Notes under the pieces: generated by a model | Seen by the model: only the letters and a program-made list of their open reading frames with translations | What the model was told of the DNA's origin: nothing | The model's database searches: none | Position numbers and translations under genes: made by a program | Assembly (NCBI GenBank): GCA_951406725.2 | Contig: OX597816.1 | Location: 131,130,001 to 131,194,000 of the forward strand | Length of the DNA stretch: 64,000 nt | DNA from: Octopus vulgaris | Taxonomy: Eukaryota | Direction: 5' to 3' | Part shown: positions 50,815 through 63,539 of the stretch, piece by piece | Layout: every line of letters begins with the position of its first letter | How positions within the stretch are numbered: the first letter of the stretch is position 1

Positions 50815-51315
50815 TCATGTAGTCTGTGTAGTTAAGAAACTTGTTTCATAACCATGTGATTTCAGGTTCAGTCCCACTGTGCAGCATATAGTCCTAGGCT
50901 GGGCATAGACTTGTGAAGAGATTTGATAGACTGAAACTGAAAGAAGCTCGTCATATATTATATATATGTGTGTGTGTGTGTATATATATATATCATTTAC
51001 AACCATTTAGACAAGGGTACACACACACATATATATGATGATGATGATATATATATATATATACACACACACACGTGTATAATATGTGTGTGTGTACTCT
51101 TGTCTAAGTGGTTGTAAATGAACATCACCATCATGAAAGCCATGTTGCTCGTTTCTAGTTTCCCTTGAAAAACATGTCTAGTTATGGGGGAATATTAATT
51201 TGCTTCAAAACAGGTGAAAGTTGGTGATAGGAAGAGCATCTGGCTGTAGAAAATCTGCTTTGAGAAGTTGCATCTGACCCATGAAAGCATGAAAAAAGTA
51301 GATCTTAAATGATAA
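50815..51315 (+). mobile_element. SINE with family B head but RTE-type tail (also 41030-41460 + and 62790-63225 -)
   Basis: Same head up to GAAACTGAAAGAAGC, then a different 3' part ending AGGAAGAGCATCTGGCTGTAGAAAA...CCCATG..AGCATG...TAAATGAT. Confidence 0.7.
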
Positions 51316-51469
51316 TTTTTTATAAGTAAGAAAGAAGACAGGACACTGTACTCTCAGGGAAATGGCCTTGTTCAGTATGCAGAAAAAGTGTAGGTATAAA
51401 CTTTGTTTGCTGTATGCAATGTAAGCTATGGACACTCAAGAGATGTAGTGGAATCATAGGTAGGCTACA

Positions 51470-52650
51470 CGAGAATATAAACTTCAGATGTGATGTTGAA
51501 GCACACCTGAAATAGTTTCTCTTAAATGCACAGCTGGATCACCAAAAGTAGTTGATAACATTTGTTACCTTGGGAATGTAATTAGCAAGGAAGGTGGTTG
51601 CTCTGAAAGTATGGTGGCCAGAGTAAGAACAGATTAGAGAAAGTTCAGGAAGCTACTTCCATTGCTGACAAGGATCTTTTCCTTAGAGTACATTAGACTG
51701 TATGACACTTGTTGCATGGTGGAAAAAATAAAGTGATCATGATTCATTGGATGTGCACTATGAACGTGCATGTAAAACATAGAAAGTTACTGTATGAAAA
51801 ACTGGGCATAAGCAGTATCAGATGTTGTATGGATGTGTGGTTTGTGTGGATAAAGAAAGCTGTATAAAACAAATTGCTACTAGAAGAGGGAGACCCAAGA
51901 ATACACGGGATGAAGTGGTAAAGCTTGCCTAAGTACTAAGAGTCTAACATAGATGATAAAGGATCAGGATCTAGCAATATAAGGTTCTTGAAAACACCCA
52001 CCCTTCTCAGTGAAACTGAGTTCTTGAAGTGCTATGTATATTGTGCTCTCCACCCACATATTACAATGATTTACCATCACTCCTGAATTAAATTATCTCT
52101 CATCATGCACTATGCCTGCCTCTCTCTTTCTCTGCAGACTACCCAACCATGTCATCTCTCTCTCCTGTCCTTCCCTCTATCAACTTTATCATCATTACTA
52201 TCCTGTTGCTCTCTTCTGCATCCCTCTATCTTCCCTAACTCATGCCTTATCAATCAACCACTTTTCAACCCTACCTGATTTTTACAGTTGCAGCCTAACT
52301 CCCCATACAATCTTGAAAAACACCCACTCATCCACCCACTTCTACTCAGCTTGTGCCTTGTGGTGATACCTGGTCACCTCATCACCATTATCTATCTCTT
52401 TGCATTTCTTTTTCTGTTTCCTTCTCCCCTACTAAATGTGAGTAGCCATGCATATCCTCTTCAAGATCCAGCTCTTCCCCACCCTTCTTATACTTCAACC
52501 CCTTGTCCCCTACCAAAAAGCTGATCTCCATCTCTCTTGGCTTCATAGACCTGCAAGCTGCATGGTGACCTCAATAGTGGTGATGGCACAAAAAAAAAAC
52601 ATCCAGTATATGCTATAATGTAGTCAGCATTAGGGAAGGCATCCTACTGT
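51470..52650 (+). mobile_element. Older RTE LINE 3' fragment
   Basis: Remnants such as VVDNICYLGNVISKEGGCSESMVARVR and GRPKNTRDEVV, followed by the same style of pyrimidine-rich 3' region. Confidence 0.7.
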
Positions 52651-53806
52651 AGATACCTTGCCAAATGTGAACTCAACAGAGGAACTAGCTATCCAAATCA
52701 ACAGTAACTTTGTAGATAAAGCAATTAAGAATATGAAGACAAGGAAAGCCTGCAGCCCATTGGGAATCACTACTGAGATGCTTGAAATATCTGGTGGAGT
52801 GGGATATGGTCTAGTCACCTGTGTAGTTAATCAGATTGTCCACGAGGGAGTTATATCCGACTGGTGCTGCAGCATTATAGTCAACTGCTACAAAGGTAAA
52901 GGTATTATAGTCAACTGTTACAAAGGTACAATTAGACAGAAATAATTACAGAGGTATCAAATTGCTAGATCAGATGATGAAAGTTACAGAAAGGGTCATA
53001 GCTCAACTAATTAGGATGAGTTCCTCTAGATGATCTTTTCCTTAGAGTATGGTAGAATATAGCGTCAGTAGTACTTCCTTGGAGAAGTACTACTGATGCT
53101 ATATTCCTGGTAAGGAAACTACAAGAGAAGTATTTAGCCAAAAATAAACCTCTGTATTTGGCTTTGGTCAACATGATCGGGTACTCTGCTCCCTTATCTG
53201 ATGGTCAATGTGGAAACTAGGGATAGATGACTGTTTGGTGAGAACTGTACAAGCCATGCACAGGGATGCAGTCAGTAAGGTGAAATTCAGCGATGAGTAT
53301 AACAACAAATTTGGTGTACAGGTAGGAGTTCACCAAGGATCAGTTCTCAACCCCCTCTTGTTTATCATAGTTCTGCAGGCCATAACAGGAATTTAAGACT
53401 GGCCTCCCTTGGGAGTTCCTTTATGCTAATGATGTTCTTATAGCTGAGTCACTACCAGAACTAGAAAAGAAATTCAGTTGTGAAAGCAAGGTCTGGAATC
53501 AAAGGGTCTTAGTGTTAATTTAGCTAAGACCAAAGTCCTAGTAAGTAAGAAAACAGATAAATTACTAATCCCTTTGAGGAAATAGCCCTGCTTGATATGT
53601 AGAAAAGTTGTAGATGGAAATTTCATAAGATGTATCCAGTGCAAACTATGGACACATAAAAGGTACAGCAGTGTCATAGGAAGGTTAACAGAGAAAGTAG
53701 TCTTTGTGGGTAGCAGATGTGCAAGTACAATAAACACTAAGAATGTACAGAAAAGAAACTTTTTCAAATGTCCAGGATGGATCCTTAGAAGTAGTAGACA
53801 GCTTCC

Positions 53807-54007
53807 TGTTATATTTCTTAAAACTGTTGGATTGTTATAACGCCCACTTCCGTATACAATATAACTTAGTAAAGCCAGTAAAGAAATGACTATCTCCAAC
53901 TGCTTACTTCATACTCCTGTACTTCATGTACTTCTCTTTACTTATAGTGACTATGTTATTCCATTCGTCACGGAGGGGTGTACTATTATTACTAATTCCC
54001 TACAACA
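53807..54007 (-). repeat. 3' LTR of the Gypsy element
   Basis: Direct repeat of 58091-58292, with roughly 25 differences by eye; preceded on the minus strand by the polypurine tract AAAAGGGAGA (54008-54017). Confidence 0.93.
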
Positions 54008-57000
54008 TCTCCCTTTTAAGTTTTTCTTAGGAAGTGTCATTTTATTTAGCATTAATTTTTTTTAATTCACCCCCACCTTCCTTTTTGAGTTTTTAATTTG
54101 TACAATTTAATATTTTTTGCACTTGGCATCTATTTTCAGGAACTCTATGTTTTCTTTTCCACTCACTTCTATGCCTGGGTTCAATCACCTGCTGTGGCAT
54201 TGGTACTTCGAACGTATTGTACAATCATTCCACCGGTTCTTCCAACTTCTTTGGTTCATTTTCCATAAATCTTTTTCAGTTTGTTCTTGTATCTCTTTTG
54301 TATATCTTTTCTACTTTTTACCCAATACATCATTTTACCTATGCATTTGGTAATTATGCCATCTTCCCAACTCTGCTTTCCATTCTTGTATACCCTCATC
54401 TACACCTTTCCACCAACTTTAAAGAATCTTGCTATATTTTCCCTGGCACTTTTTCTTTCTTGCCAGGTAGCAATTTATCAAAGACTGATTTTACTTTCTT
54501 TGCAAACATCAGCTCTACTGGTGAGCTACCTGCTGGTGTATTCAGCTACCTCATCCATGACTTCCTTATTCTATCTTCTCAGGGCTCTTTTGAAGGTATC
54601 AACAAAGCATTCTGTCTGTCCATTAGATCTGGGATGGTATGGCACCATAGTTATATGTTCTACAGCAAATGTTTCACAATTTTTTTTTAATTCAATAGAC
54701 ACAAATGTTCCATTGTCAGACATATTCTTGTATGTGATGCCAAATTTTGCAAACAATCTGTGTGAAAAATTTATCACGGTTGAGAAGGTTGGTTTTTTTT
54801 ACACTTGCAAGTTTCAGGCTGTTTTCAAAAACTATCAACTACCACTAAGTAGTAAGAACGATTTAAAGGACCATCAAAATCGATGTGTAGTCTTGACCAT
54901 GGAACATCTACAGGTTCACTTTTTATAGTTGGCAATTTTGATGAATTTCTCTGTCCATTTTCGGCCAGTATATATAACTGTGCATTAAAGCTTTCTTGAA
55001 ATACCAGGATGTCTAACATGAAATTCTCTCAACATTTCCTTTTGTAGTATTTCCGGTATCACTACTCTCTGCATACATCAGTACGCCATCACACACTGAG
55101 TATAGGTTCACATCTTGGTTTTGTTTTGCACCAGCCCTGTTCTTATTTTCTTTGCATTCAACTATATATCCTCCAGGGTCACCTGCAACTTTCATACCAT
55201 GTTCCACCTCACGTTTTTTATTTCACCTTCAGCTCTTAGAGTTGCTATTACCATCTCTTCGAATGGCTTGCCGTGTTTTGGTTTCAGTCTGGACAAACCA
55301 TCCGCATGCCCTAGGTTTCTCGATGGTAAATACTCCATTCTATAGTCGTAATTTAATAGTATAGTGCCCCATCTCTGTAGTCTATTTGCTGTATGTATTG
55401 GGATTCCTTTTTTGGACCCATATATTGTCAGCAGTGGGCAGTGATCTGTTTGCTAAAAGAAACATCTTCCATGGATAAATCTATGGAACTTCTTGACACC
55501 AAATATGATTGCCAATGCCTTTTCAGCTGGCAATAATGACCTTAATGCATAGGCTATAGCCTTTTTACTGCCATCGTCGTATTTGTGCAGAAGTGTGGCT
55601 CCTACACCTTACTCACTTGCATCTGTAGCCAGTATAATTTCCAACTTTAGATCTAAATGTGTCAGTGATAGGTCTGAAGTTAAAATACTTTTTTCAGTTC
55701 ATCAAATACCTTCTGGCACTTAGCTGTCCAACACCATTTTGTATTCTTTTCCAACAGATCATTGAGTGGGGCTCTTACATTATGTATGTTTGGAATGTAG
55801 ATTTGGTAATAGTTTACCAAACCCAAGAATGCCTGCAGCATAGTTAAATTTTTCGGTGTGGGCATATTCTTTATCACTATTACTCTTGATAGATCTGGTT
55901 TTCTTCCATTTTTGTCAATTGTCCTAAGTGTTTGATTTTATTCAACAAAAACTCACATTTTTTCTCCGTTAACTTGAACCCATATTTACTTATTTTCTCA
56001 AATACTCTTAAAATGTTCAAAGTGTTCCTGTGTTTCACTCTTTATTAAAATATCATCTACATAGGCGATAGCGAAATCACAATCACTCAGCATTGCATCC
56101 ATTACTTGCTGAAATATGGCAGGACCCACTTTTACACCGAAGGGAAGCCACTTAAATTTAAATAAGCCACAGTGTGTGTTAATTGTTAACGACTGTGTGC
56201 AGTCTTCTTTTTCTTGTATTTGTGTATATGCCTCCAAGAGGTCTAATTTAGAAAAGAATTTTCTTCCATTCAATTTTACAAACACTTTTTCCGGACTGAG
56301 CAACTAAACAATCATTCAACCCAGTTGAAAAACCCACACAAACTCTTAGTTTGTTATTCTTCCTTTTCACGTAAACTGTCAGTGCTGCCCAGTCTGCATA
56401 GTCTCTCTTTTCAATTATATCAAGACTTTCCTGTTCTTTGTTAACTTGGTCTATTGCTGAAAATGGTACATTCTATTTTGGCCTAAAGACCAGTGTTGCA
56501 CTTTGTTTTACAGCGATCTTAGCTTTTGTTTTTGTTCAAGAACCCAGTTCTTCCAAAAACACATCTGGAAATAATTTTTTTATTTTTTGTTTCAGTCCAT
56601 CGGCTTTATTTGAACCTTTTGACTGACCCAACTATATTTCCACACAGAACACTTATGGGTGTATTCCATACTTTGAATAGTTCCATCCACTCTGTGCTGA
56701 ATAAATTAAGTGAACTTTTTAACACATATATCTTCACCTGTTTCGTTTAACCTCAAAATGTTACATATGAATTCCCTGAAAAAATATAATCTTTTTCCCA
56801 TAACACCATGTGTTAACATTTTCGATTTAATTCATTTTGGCTGACTGACATATTTCCAAGTTTTTTCATTAATAATGGTGCTATTACTACCAGTGTCCAA
56901 TTGCATTTTAACACTAGTATTTCTGATTTTCACCTTTATGAATTTTCTCATCGTTATATTACCAATTTCTTTTGATAATATACTATTTATTCTTTTTCCT

Positions 57001-58090
57001 TTGTTCTAACATTTTATCATCTTCGTTCTACAGTGCGTCTTTATATGTCCTGTACTTCCACAATGAAAGCACTCTGCTTTTTTAAATGGGCAATTTTTCC
57101 TTAGGTGTATACCTCCACATGCAAAACATGGTTTTATTTCCTGATATTTGTTGTGTTTTTTTAGAAAACACTTTATCTCTATTCTGAATATTTTAAACTT
57201 GTTATTTGGAAACAGCCTTTACATTCAGTTTCCTCTATCCTTTCACATTTTTCTGACACTTGCTGTAGGGTTACATCCTGGTTTTGTTCTAGTTTTGTGA
57301 GAATTCTAATTCTAACTTCTGCATCCTTTTCGGCAGCAAGTCTCTGTGTAACAATCAGGCATTTGAACATATCTGGCATTAGTTGATCCAGCTTAAACTT
57401 CTTGCATTCCCTGTTTACTCTACCAGCATACATGATATAGTCCTCATCATTGTTTTTCTTTATGTTCAGACACTTTCAACATGTGTTGAACAATGAGCTT
57501 TTTTCACTGAAAATTTTACACAATATATCTATTGTGTCATTAAAGTTTATGTCCGAAGGTTTTTTTGGGTGTACATAATTGCTGTAATGTCCATGTTCTG
57601 CTGCCACCAGTTTTCTCAAGATTAAGCATGTTTTCATCCCATCATCCCAATCTTTACATTCTTTCTCGAAGATTTGCTCATGTCTTCTGTAGTATACTTC
57701 GAAGGTAACTCCTTCATCAGGTTCATATTTGAACTCTGTTATCGAGTTCTTGACATAGTCTGTTGAGAACACTTTTTCTGACTTTCCTGATGACTTCAGT
57801 AATTGCAGCATTTGTTACTGTAATGTCATTTGTTGTTGCTCTTGCAGTTTTATCTGCTGCTGTTGTTTTTTTCAGTTGTTGTTGCAGTTGTAGCTGCTGC
57901 TGTTGTTGTTCTTTCAGTTGCTGTTGTTGCTACTCGAGCAAACCGGCCAACAAATTTTCCATAATTTTACAATTTTTTTCATAAAATTCACACAACAAAA
58001 CTTTTGCAAGTTTGTTAACTCCTCATAAATTGTTAAAATCCTCGTCGAGTTTATTAATTCCTCGTAAATTGTTTCAATCCTTGTTGCCAC

Positions 58091-58292
58091 TGTTATAATC
58101 CTTAAAATGTTGGATTGTTATGATGCCCACTTCAGTATACAGTATACTTAGTAAAGCTAGTAAAGACATGACTATCTCTAACCACTTACTATATGCTCTC
58201 ATACTTCATGTACTTCTCTTTACTTATAGTGACTAGGTTATTCCATTCATCACATGGGAGAGGTGTACCTTTATTACTAATTCTCTACAACA
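58091..58292 (-). repeat. 5' LTR of the Gypsy element
   Basis: TGTTATA...TACAACA; followed on the minus strand by the PBS GTGGCAACAAGGAT. Confidence 0.93.
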
Positions 58293-59979
58293 CTTCTGTT
58301 ACTTAAGTAACCTAGTTAGATGTGGAGGAGGATGCTCTGAGAGCATAGTTGATAGAATAAGAATGGGCTGGGCAAAATTCAGGGAATTACTACTTTTGTT
58401 AGTACTAAATGGCCTCTTCCTCAGAGTAAAAAGTAGATTGTATGATGCCTGTGTATGAATAGCCTTGCTACAATATGGCATGGTAACACAGGCAGTGACT
58501 GTAGAGGACATGCAAAGGCTCTGAAAGAAATGAAATCAGCATGCTCTGCTGGATGTGCAATGTCAGTGTGCATGTACAATGGAGTGTAAGTGTTTTAAGA
58601 GAACTGGATATAAGAGGCATCAGATGTAGTGTACAAGAGAGAACACTGTGCTGGTATGGTCATGTGATGCCTATAGATGATGACAGCTGCATAAAGAAGT
58701 GTCAATCTCTAATTGTGGAGGGAACTTGTGGAAAGAGTAAATCCAGGAAGACATGGGATGAAGCAGTGAGAAATGATCTTCAGATGTTGAACCTTGCAGA
58801 GATGACAGGTGAAACTTCTGACAATTTCCAGTGCTTTCAAAGACACATCCAACTGAGTGAAATCATGGCCACCCACACACAGACGCATGTCCTTTATGAC
58901 CATGCCCCCCCCCCACACACACACACTATCTGACCTCTGTCAAAACTCACTCATTTCCCCAACAACTGCTGTAGGCTCCTTCCCTCTACTCTCCCTCAAC
59001 ATATCACCCAGTGCAGATCCTTCCCCTCCACTCTCTCATGTGCCTGTCTGTACACTCTCCATGTCCTCACATATTTTCCTTAACCCCAGTCATTCCAATT
59101 TCTCACATCATCATTTGCTACAGTCATGTCTTCTCCATCTCTAAACATCTCTGCTCACACTCTTTCCCCTTTGCACTGCTTATACTCCCCTCCACTGTCC
59201 TGTCAGTAGGCTCAATACATTTTCAACACCATCTATTTCTCTTTCTCACTCTGAATGTCTCTCTGACTCTCTCTCACCTTCCTTCTTCCTTGTCCTACTG
59301 GGTTTAGTCACGTATCTCCTCTTTAATAAAATAACTATCTCTGTCCCTCTCTTATTCTCTAACCTCTCACCTGACTCACAACCAGTTCCCTAGGTGCACT
59401 TTCTCTGTCAGCTAAGAGATCTTTGTCTTGCAAGCTACCTGACAACCCCGCTGGTGCTGGTGTCACAGAAAAGCATCTGTACTGGTCCCATGTAAAAAGC
59501 ACCTGTGCCAGTTCCACATACAAAGCACTTGTACGGGTGCCACATAAAAAAAGCACCCAGCTCACTCTGTAAAATGGTTAATGTTAGGGAGGGTATCCAG
59601 ACATAGAAACCATGCTGAAACAGACAATTGGAACCAGTGCAGCTCTCCGGCTAGCCAGTTCCTGTCAAACCATCCAACTCATGCCAGCATAGAAAACAGA
59701 CATTAAATGATGATGATGATATATTTGTATAGTCCAACTCATACCAGCATGAGTGCAGACATAACATGGTGTATATACATTCAAGAATAGCTGCTGTATA
59801 TAAATGTTGAGCTAAGTTTTCTTCCACACTCACACACATACAAACATAAAATAAGTCCAGAAGTTGTCATCATGTACACTATGCAAACATAGCATCTAGT
59901 ATGTTGCTGTCACATTACAGTAGGGTCTGTGACACACTAATTACTTGCATCAACAATTTAACTGGGTTATATACTCTGT

Positions 59980-61650
59980 TTGAAAAGAATTTCAGTAAGA
60001 TAGAAGAACCATTAAACTTATCAATTACTGTGTTCATTCTGGGGATCTTTAATCTTCCTGTATTGAAAGAGTGAGAGTGCTACTTGCACTCTTAGAGGGA
60101 TATCTCTACAGAATTTCTTCCTGACATCTCCAGAAATATTCATGTATTTATATCTTCTTCCCTAAAGACCTATACTACTATACTAGAACAATCATTTACA
60201 GACAATTTGCACATCAGTGTTAGATGCATAATTATTTTGAATCATAGTATTACAGACTTAATTCTAATCTAACAATTAAACACTTCTGAGCAATTTTTAC
60301 AATATATCTTTATTTTATCCAAGTTCAGTTTGTAGGAAGTCAACTAGATATGAATTCAATAAACATCTGTATGTAAGACAATGACAAATTTCAAATATTG
60401 TCAACAATATAAATTCTCAGTCATTTTGCACGTGGACAAATAACTGCCATGTGAGAGGTAGTAGGATGAGTACCCTGATTCTCTGCTTAACCCTTTAGCA
60501 TTTAAACTGGCCAGATCCAGCCTCTCACACTTACCCTACAATGTCATTCTACAAATAAGCAGTGATGTCACCAAAATCTTAAAGCTATGAGATAATGCAT
60601 GATTATTCCAAAACAATATGAATAAATAGGTATTACATTTGACTGAGTCATCTGAATGCTAAAGGGTTAACAAATGTATGTCTGATTGATCAAAACTGAC
60701 TTCAGCTAGCCCAGCAATAGCTAAAGTCCATAATTTTATCACCTGTCAGGCCAATACTTGTGAAAACATGGTGAAAAATATTCTCCTCAAAATTGATAGG
60801 TAAATAAATGTTAAGGAAAACATACTTTGGAACCATTTCTTCAAGAAATTGAAGTTAAAATAAATGGTGTAAGATGTTCTTACTAATATGGAGCAAAGAT
60901 AGCCTTAACAATCCATAATAATTCTACTGCATGAAAGAGAAATTTTATTCACTACAAACCACTAGTCATTGACAACCAACTTTTCTAAGCTTGCTAATTT
61001 CTTTGCTCATGTTCAGATTGCATTTGATAATATCAAGATTAAAGAAATTGTTATATAAGAAAGATAGAAGTAATAGATGAAAAAAACACTGTAGTTAATA
61101 TTTTATAGTTGCCTTAGTAACAGCAGTCACCTAAAGATCTTAAAAGGTAGAATAATAACTTCTGTTATAAGAAGGCTGAAGCAAGTTAGATGCAAATATT
61201 TACCAACCTATCTTCTTGATTTCACATATCAATGAGAAGGTGGGTAAGAATCATCATAAAGAAACAATATTCTAAGAGAATTGTAACTTTTCCAACATCA
61301 TAACTAAATATCAAATTAACTCAATACTAACAGAAATATAATGCCACGCTATAACAAATATAGATTTTGTGATTGCAAAATGTGTGGAAGTGCATCAGAT
61401 GGGTTTGTACCTGAAATTTAAAGGTTCAACCACTTATTAATTCAAGGCGCATGTGGTTCAGTTGGTGGAACAACAGAACACTCGTCATCTAAGTTAATGA
61501 AGACCTAAACTTTATGATGGAAAATGTGAAATTTAAGATGACTGAAACTGTCATGGTCATGTAATTAAATTGATAGCAACCTACAGGCATCTGACAGGTA
61601 AATTCTTGATGAAGAATTATATTAAAGTTCTTTAAAATATTTATTTACTA
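59980..61650 (+). mobile_element. Very old LINE remnant (CR1/L2-like), low confidence
   Basis: Only scattered motif-like traces (GGGATCTTTAATCTTCCT resembling GDFNLP; GCATTTGATAAT resembling AFD). Confidence 0.3.
60491..60666. mobile_element. piggyBac-type MITE
   Basis: TTAA on both sides; TIRs CCCTTTAGCATT / AATGCTAAAGGG. Confidence 0.88.
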
Positions 61651-62069
61651 AAGTACCACTACAGCACACTACCATACGATAGATATGTATATGGAGTCAT
61701 ATGTATTTAATCTTAGTATGAAATTAAGCATTGTACTTTCATCACAGGGTGTGGTGGGAAGGGTCCAGTAGTTTGGAATGAGGATCAAACTATCTATCCT
61801 TTCATTATCCTTACAGTTCATCGGGATTTGTATACCCCTCCCTTAATAGCAAAGACTCATTTACTAAAATGTAAACAAGACAGTACCAGATACTACTCAT
61901 TTGCATATGATATTGAGTTAACTGATTGATATTAGTATTATTAGACTACAATTAATGTTTGATAGCTTGGGAGGGAGTGGGTGAATGAATTCTGATGAGC
62001 CATAGAACAGGTAACCTAATCAGATTAATTTTCATCCCAAGCTATCTATTTATCCATGGAGCCTAAAAA

Positions 62070-62284
62070 CCCTGTAACATTCAGATTATTCTAAGTGTAA
62101 TGCTTATATACTCATGTTGTTTTTAATTAATCAGATATTGTCTTGCAGTTTCAATATTTAGGTGATGTGATTGTTTATTTTGAGAATGACATTGTAGAAT
62201 AGGTATGAGAGGCCAGATCTGACTAGTTTGAAGCTAAAACAAGTAGAATATTTGGGCTGGATATGGCCTTTTTAAATGCTAAAA
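62070..62284. mobile_element. Second, inverted and more degenerate copy of the piggyBac-type MITE
   Basis: CCCTGTAACATTCAGAT ... TTTAAATGCTAAA; interior is reverse-complementary to 60491-60666. Confidence 0.7.
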
Positions 62285-63428
62285 TATATTTATGGATATA
62301 ACTTTGTATTATACTTTTATAAGAAATGGTGACAGTGACTTCAAAGTTTTGGTCTGGTGTACTTCATCAGCAAAACAGACACAGGCTAGCAGACTAAAGC
62401 TTTGAAATCAGTCACCACTCTTCTTGTAAAAGTAAAATGTGTAAGTACTCTGCCAAATGTATTGAGTTATTCTTCAGTTTATTGTAAGATTGTTTTTACT
62501 ATAACTTGACATAAAAGCAAACCTTGATATAACTTTGTATTAGAGTTTGTTGTTAAGTTCAGTTATATTAGAAATGATTTTGCATTAATTTGATGGGTTA
62601 CTCTTTACTTTTATACAGTATAAATTTATTATTCTTGTACAAGAATATTGTTGACAGTGACTTCAAAGTGACTGCAGTTCAACGATGGCTTAGCTGATCG
62701 AAACTTCTAAGTCACTTTCGACAACATTCTTGTGTAAGATATAACTTTGTATCTATATTGCCATCATCATCATCATCATTATCATCATCGTCATCATTTT
62801 AATATCCATCCCTCTATGCTTGCATGGATCTTACAATATCTGTTGAGGTAGATTTTTTTTATGATCAGATATCCTTGTTGCCAATCCTCACCTGTTTCTG
62901 AGCAAATTAATATTTCCTCTTCACTAGACATTTTTTTAAACAGGAGACTGCAAATGAGGGAGATCACTTGTATGATGATGATGATGCTCATTTATATCTA
63001 TTGTATGATGTCAAAACAGAGACACAAAATACACACACTTACATATACATGCACAGAGGCTTCTTTCAGTTTCTATCTACCAAATCCCCTCACAAGGCTT
63101 TGGTTGACCTGGAGCTATAGTAGAAGATACAGATACTTGCCCAAGGTGCTACACAATAAAACTGAACCCAAAACCATAGTTGGAAAACAAACTTATCAAT
63201 TACACAGCTATGCTTGTGCCTACATATATTTATTAAATATTTAACCAACTTCTACTACTTCTGCTAATCCTCCTTTAGATTCGAGCTCATAAATAAAGTT
63301 GAAGACTACCAAGTATGACTCACAATACTCATTAATTGTTTTGATTGAATGCCTTCACACACATATGCGCACTACTAAAAGTGATTAAGTTTTAATGAAG
63401 GCAAGTGCTTTATCTTTTGTATCATTGC

Positions 63429-63473
<45 letters not shown>

Positions 63474-63539
63474 TTCAACTTGATAACAATCTACAAAATA
63501 TTTTGTCAGTATTATATTACATCCTCTTTGTTATCTGCA

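Larger units (their letters stand above)
53807..58292 (-). mobile_element. Full-length degenerate Gypsy/Ty3 LTR retrotransposon (Mag-type)
   Basis: Two ~200 bp TG...CA LTRs; 5 bp TSD CTTCC/CTTCT; PBS and PPT present. Gag with twin knuckles (CFACGGIHLRKNC, CFHCGSTGHIKTHC), protease LDTGS, RT (LPFG, YVDD), RNase H (ATDAS), integrase (PWSRLHIDF, SDNG, YHPRSNGQ). Many stops and frameshifts. Confidence 0.96.
52650..59722 (+). mobile_element. RTE-clade LINE, 5'-truncated and degenerate, split by the Gypsy insertion
   Basis: RT motifs (NYRGIKLL, GVHQGSVLNPLLFIIVL, LYANDV), a Cys/His-rich segment, then EVVDSF | CYLSNLV across the insertion, WYGHVM and KSRKTWDE, a pyrimidine-rich 3' UTR and a tail ending in (GAT)n. 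Confidence 0.9.
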
